Both the position numbers and the translations under genes were made by a program. The notes beneath the pieces are model-generated. The model had not been told where the DNA came from and ran no database searches. It saw only the letters and a program-made list of their open reading frames with translations. A stretch of 64,000 nt of DNA from Chrysomallon squamiferum (Eukaryota > Animalia > Mollusca), in assembly GCA_012295275.1 (NCBI GenBank), contig CM022672.1:2604001-2668000 (forward strand). Reading direction: 5' to 3'. Position 1 is the stretch's first letter. Every line of letters starts with the position of its first letter. Shown piece after piece: positions 58,233-64,000 of this stretch.

Positions 58233-59558
58233 TTTCATTCTGCTTGTATGAACGCACGAACGGTTTTCACTAGAGAAGGTCTAGTTTTATACCTATATCT
58301 GTACATACACAGCTATTAAAAAACAGCAATGCGTTACGCCTTTCACTGTTTGAAATAACGAGGTCACTGAAAGCGCCAGAGGAAACACGAAACAGCGGGA
58401 GAAAACGAGAGAGAGAGAGAGAGAAAAAAAAAAAAAGGCGCTATGATATTGGCGCAAGTTTCAAAGTTTTGAAACAGTTAAAAAAAATAATAAACGCGAC
58501 CGTCACGCGACATGCAGCATATGTTTGAATAAATAATGAAGCAGTTGTGCAGACGACACATTTAAAATGTCGTGGGAAATAGAAACTTCACAATAATTTA
58601 AAAGTTTTAAATGTTAGCCAAACTACAAGCTCAGCGGGTTGAAGGGACGGAACGCCAGATAGCATTTTAGAATAATCTCGTAAAGCATCGATTAATAAAA
58701 ATTATCATATATTATGATAAATTATTTATTACAAGGAAATAAAATAAAACGACGCTTCATATTCGATTTTTTGGGGGGGTAGGTATGTGTGTTCTCCCCC
58801 CCCCACCCAAGAGGCATATTTCCCAAAAATAAATCATTGTAAATGTATTTATGTTTGTTTGGCTGCAAGAATTTTGTTGTTGACTTTCTTCTTTCTTTTT
58901 TTTTTTCTTTCACTCGCCAATAGAAACAGACTGCCATTGCCAGAACCCCAGAGAATCCTCCTAAACTTAGAAAAAACAAAAGTAACAAATTCGGGTAATC
59001 TCGACAAGCGGCCGATCAAGTCGAACAAACAATTTCTGCGAGCCGGTATCTAGGTCAGTGCTTTCGTCTATCTTCGGCAATGATACGAAAACAAATAACG
59101 AGCACGAGTTATGCATTCGGAAAATCTCGGATCTTTTCGTTAAGCGTAAGATTCGTGAAATAAGTTATTTTGAAATTAAAAAAGGTCTTCTTGTTGTTGC
59201 TTTTTGTTATTTGTTATACTTTTTATTGTTCTTGTTGTCTTGTTGGTGGGTTTTTTCTTTTCTTTTATTTGTTGTACTTTGTTGTATTCATTTATTAATA
59301 TTATAGTTATTGTTTATTTTCCTCCTTTCATCTTACACTATGTTTTTGTTTCAAAATTTGAGTGTGTTCTTTTTTCTTTTACTTTCTGTATTTTTTTTTT
59401 TTTTTTTTTTACTGTAAAACATTTAAAATAAAGAGTTGTAATTATTTGTTGTAACACAAATCAATTTAAACTTTATCATCAGTTTTTGACACTGCCGTAT
59501 TTACTTTGATATTCCTTGGAACACTAGAACTTCGAAAGAACACGGAAACAAGATAATC

Positions 59559-59711
59559 TTACGTCATTCGAATAGAAACCATATCATTTGATTAGCACAG
59601 GATTAGCGGGCTGATCGTAAAATTACGTCACCGCGATGTTACGATGTTGCTAGGAAACGACCGTTGGACATGACGTAATGTTTAGCACGGTTCTCTACGA
59701 GGTTTGCGTCA
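59559..59711. promoter_or_regulatory. bZIP (CRE-type) x3 plus RFX X-box cluster
   Basis: TTACGTCA 59559 and 59623, GTTGCTAGGAAAC 59646, TGACGTAA 59671. Confidence 0.5.
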
Positions 59712-59725
59712 AGAACGTGTTCGCC

Positions 59726-59898
59726 AAAAGCTGTGACCTGTGCTCTCCTGTTCACAGATTTATTTCTGTTAACTGATAACAGCGAGTACCCCGTGCAATG
59801 ATGAGAGTGGCTTTTCTCTTTTGTATCACTATAGTTACGTTTGACGCCTAATACTCCGTAATAATAATATGTGCTGAGGTGCCATTAATAATTCATTC
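59726..59898 (+). mobile_element. Decayed Nin-type SINE core and 3' tail
   Basis: aaaagctgtg..tgtgctctcctgt...gagtacccc...gtttgacgcctaata...atgtgctgaggtgccattaataa; the tail aligns by eye with 30370-30440. Confidence 0.55.
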
Positions 59899-59940
59899 AA
59901 GTAGTGTAAATTTTCGATACTATATAAAAGCACAGTGCTA

Positions 59941-59981
<41 letters not shown>

Positions 59982-60104
59982 TAATAATTCATTTTTATAT
60001 TTTTCATATTCGATGACTGTTGTTACGTATTCTAAGCTCTGTTTTCAAATAGTGTTGTCGTTATTATTCCGTAGGAGTTTTGAATGTTATTATAGTTAAT
60101 TAAC

Positions 60105-60615
60105 TTCACTAGGATTTGAACCTGTTATCTAGCGGCCATGATTCATACCTGACAACATCAGTTTCTTCCCTGATCTTGTAACTCATGGGGTTTGAACCTA
60201 TTTACCTTTAGGTCATAAATTCACACTTAGCAAGCAGATGTCGTAGAATTCCATCCGATTCCAGAACATCCACCAACTGGGATTTGAACTTGTAATCTAC
60301 TGATTATAATTTATAATTAACAACAGCAATTAAAGGAGTTCAAACCCTGACCTTCCCTCTAATGAGCTCTGAATTTGTTGCATATAGGTCATAAATTAGA
60401 CGTGGCAAATAATGATTACATAACTGCATCTATAACCAACGATCCACTGTGTTTTGAACCCATTTACCCGCTGTTGTAATTCAAACCTACACCCGAATAG
60501 TTCAGAAACCTGGTTATAGATTTTCAAATGACTTACATGTATATGGGATTCCAGTCCACAACTACATATCCACTAGGATTTGAACTTGTTTGCCTACTGC
60601 TCATAAACTGAAGAC
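60105..60615 (-). repeat. Decayed tandem array of about six tRNA-3'-half/B-box-like units
   Basis: GGATTTGAAC-like cores (minus strand GTTCAAATCC) at about 60111, 60187, 60279, 60364, 60449 and 60575; CACTAGGATTTGAAC identical at 60107 and 60571; GGTCATAAATT at 60211 and 60387. Confidence 0.75.
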
Positions 60616-61726
60616 GTGTCAAACAGCGTATCTCAAATGGTCTAATTTTAATATTAGACCAGCTGTAAAATTTGATAAAGTTGATACGGATTTATTATTC
60701 ATGATTTCTATTACGGTTCGGGTTTTTCTAGTTTGAAATGCTGTCAGCTGTAATGACAGATAGTTCCACACAAACAGTGAACTGCGAATTCCTCTTAAGC
60801 TTAAGGCGTTGCTAAAATGTAGAGGCCGTGGTGGAGCCTGAAGGTCGTTGCTGATATCAGCCAGGCTGCTGACGGAAAGCCGGGGAAGCGATTTATTCAC
60901 TAGCTGGCAAATGATAACGCAAAATGCATCGTATACTGAGCGACAACAGAAATGCATGCTTTGTGTTTTGATAAAGAAGAAATATGGCATGTAATTAAAT
61001 AAATATTATTACAGCGTATCGAAGACAGAGTATTACAGTGTGCCAAATATCATATCCTAAGGGACGATGGAAAAGCGAGTCAGTTCAGAGGGAAAATTGC
61101 GGTAACAAATAAATTAGATAAGACATTAAATACATATTTTTGTGTCGTATTACATAACAATGTTTTCATACATTTTTCATGTAATTTTCGCGTAGCATTA
61201 GGCATAATTACATAACTGTCGTCTATCGTGTAACAGTACATTAGTATATATTATTTACTATTACTTCGACATTACATCAGATAATGTTGTATGGCACAGA
61301 ATGTTGTATTACAGTATTATATCTGTGTATTGTGTATCAATGAAGCGTATCAATGCATGCACGTATCAGTCAACGAACCAATCGATCACGGTTTAATTAA
61401 TCTATAAATCAATAAAAAAGTCAATGAATCAATCGGCCAGCTGATCAATCGATTATGCTTTGACGACGTTTAAGAGCGAAATAATCGTTTCTTTTAAAGA
61501 CCCATTCTTTTTCTTTTTTTTTTTTTTTTTTAAAAAGATGGAAAAAAAGAAAAAAGAAGAAAACAAAAACGAAAAAGAAATTAAATTAAAAGAAGGAACC
61601 GCAATTTCCTTCAAAATTAGAAGTTTATTGAATTTTAAAATGCTGCTGATAACATCTATGAAAGTTTTCATTTTTAAAATTATTACTATTATTTTTATTA
61701 TCATTATTAGTTCATTAAAAACTGCA

Positions 61727-61740
61727 GTTACCTAGGCAAT
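61727..61740. promoter_or_regulatory. RFX X-box-like dyad
   Basis: GTTACCTAGGCAAT versus consensus GTTRCCNNGGYAAC. Confidence 0.3.
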
Positions 61741-62437
61741 GGTGCTGACGGGTGCATGGTTACAATCTTCCCTTCATTTGATTGGCACACCTCCAAAATG
61801 TTATATTAAATTAACTGCTCTACGCCTAACACGCTGTAACTTGCAGAGATAAGTCTTGTCAGTTTCGGAATTAGCAGAGTTTTTTCTTTTTCAAAGATTA
61901 AACCAGGTATATACGATTCATCGTAGACGACAACAATGAAGCAATCCGATTTGGTCGAGAGTGGAAATGGTGTTCATGCTGACACATAAAGTCGACGGAC
62001 AAATTGCGAATCACGGATTAAATCTTTATTGTATATATATAATTAAAAATGCTTACTGCAGGTGTAAAATATTCATTTTCAAGCACAGCAATTGAAAATC
62101 ATGATTATTTAACCCATTTTCCTGTATCAAATTTCAGGGTCGTAAAATAATGAGATGCCATAATGCGATGTGTAAATAAAATACGAGTGCAATTTGTGTG
62201 TGTCGAATTTAGCGTAAACTAATACTAATTTTGTATTATTTTTGTTTTTTAAATCTGACAGCAAAACAAAACTTATTATCTTTGATTTTGCTTTCGCGTG
62301 CGTCTTTGTGTTTTTCTTAACGAGTGTGAATGAATGCGTGTGTGTTAAAACAGAAACTAAAACGTAAGACAAAAATACAATACACAGAGCTAGATAGATG
62401 GAAAGACAGTCAGACTAAACGGTAGAGACAGTCATGC

Positions 62438-62439
<2 letters not shown>

Positions 62440-62512
<73 letters not shown>
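62440..62512. repeat. (GA)n microsatellite
   Basis: Direct reading. Confidence 0.98.
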
Positions 62513-62514
<2 letters not shown>

Positions 62515-62948
62515 CAACATTAAATACCAGAAAGAGTAAAAAAAAAACAAGCGTGACAAAAACAATGAAAACAATGAAACGAAATTAGGCCACGTGGGAT
62601 ATTGCACCTAACTGAAGTGTCAAGCTGAGTATATCTTAGGTTGTTTATAACTTGTCAGATTTCCCATGACCAAGTGAACTTTGTCTAGCGGCTCCCACCT
62701 GCCAGTCCGACTTGCGAGTTGACCACAAGTCAACACAGTAAACGGTCACGTATTTCCTCCGGGTTTCCTTCCCTGTGGTCGAACAGATACAAACGTTTAC
62801 ACTTAAAAACTAACAGTTCTGTTGCATACAATTCCCGTGCAACACGAGCGAATATAGGAATAGAAAAATTTAAAAATCACAAGGAAACTTGTGTGTGTAT
62901 ATTGTTTCGTGGAGATTATAGGTCAGTTACTTGGGGGATCAAACATGT

Positions 62949-62980
<32 letters not shown>

Positions 62981-63253
62981 GGTATGACTTGCAAGACAAA
63001 TTATATTTAAGAAAAAAAAAAAAGTTTACAAATACGAAAAGCGTGGTGAGCTCTATCCACGTATGCTGTTATGTTGTCTCTATGTATGTGTGGGTGGGTA
63101 TGTGTGTTTAATTGTATACAGAAGATGAGAAGGAAAAATACAGTTTAGTGACGCTTTAATACACTGGTGTAATCAAAAGACAGCGAAAGATCAACTCGCG
63201 CTTTCTTAAAAAATAACAGCCACGAGATGAGTAACCGGGACTATTTATAACTG

Positions 63254-63256
<3 letters not shown>

Positions 63257-63308
<52 letters not shown>
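63257..63308. repeat. (CT)n microsatellite
   Basis: Direct reading. Confidence 0.98.
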
Positions 63309-63312
<4 letters not shown>

Positions 63313-64000
63313 TTTTATTTTATTCCTCAACTGTTCTCGATTCTGGATTCTGCATTTCCTACGCATTCACGCAACCTATTTTATCTTCTGTTTTCCACCG
63401 TCACGACTACCACGATGCGCCGAAAACTTGATATTCCCTGTTATGTTTGGCATGCGAATACTTGCGCCTCATTTACAAGCTGGTGTCACTTTTTGCGGAA
63501 ACTTTGTAACCAGACTGGCATTCCGGTCCTTTGCTGTTCTTTGCCGACGTCAGGTTGCCGATTTGCTCGTCAGCCCACTCCCCCACTATGCTGAAAGGCC
63601 GGCGGCATCCATGTTAATAAGACTGTGAGCCGTATCGGTGTTACTATGGCCGCGAGTCCAAGGCAACTGGTCGTGGAAATACCAGCGCAAATAAACAATC
63701 AATTAGGTAATTACCGTTTCGTGTTGTGATAATATTGAACACGTAATGCACGGCGGGCAATCGCTTGTGTAAATTTGGTCTGGTGGTTTATCCATTTGAC
63801 AATCTGCAACACCTGTTAACTTCTAAGAGATATTTTTGTCGTAGAGAGATCAGTACAACGGGTTAACAAAGGCCCTTATAAGCCTGTTTGACCGTAAACT
63901 TAGAAACCTTAAATTCCGTAATACTCTGGCAAATTCTGCTGATAAAGAACTTAATTTAAAGATAGCTTTGATACCAAGATTTTTAATTCTTTCTTTCTTT

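Noticed and set aside
60105-60615. Functional tRNA gene cluster
   Set aside because: No A-box/D-arm or acceptor-stem pairing; only T-arm-like halves
62750-62776. V-SINE-like string cctccgggtttccttccc
   Set aside because: Too short, with no supporting flanking similarity

Overview
This is an AT-rich, microsatellite-saturated animal (eukaryotic) window. Decayed Nin/Deu-type SINE remnants suggest a mollusc or other lophotrochozoan, but that rests on recalled consensus, not a search. I recognise no protein-coding gene, RNA gene, young transposon or CRISPR; essentially all track ORFs are simple-repeat or low-complexity artefacts. The window alternates 0.3-1 kb unique, CpG-retaining islands with low-complexity spacers. 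The islands carry dense bHLH, bZIP, nuclear-receptor, RFX and homeodomain motifs, which fits a gene desert or giant intron holding a cis-regulatory landscape. Best sequence-level oddities: (1) six head-to-tail decayed tRNA-3'-half/B-box units at 60.1-60.6 kb; (2) a nested fold-back with perfect 40-bp arms at 49.9-50.1 kb; (3) a frame-preserving 33-nt minus-strand micro-exon candidate at 48381-48413; (4) an ATG-less protein-like frame ending at a splice donor at 36.0-36.2 kb; (5) a 34-bp repeat that amplifies an ACGTGC-N8-GCACGT dyad. I cannot demonstrate a novel system; these are leads.
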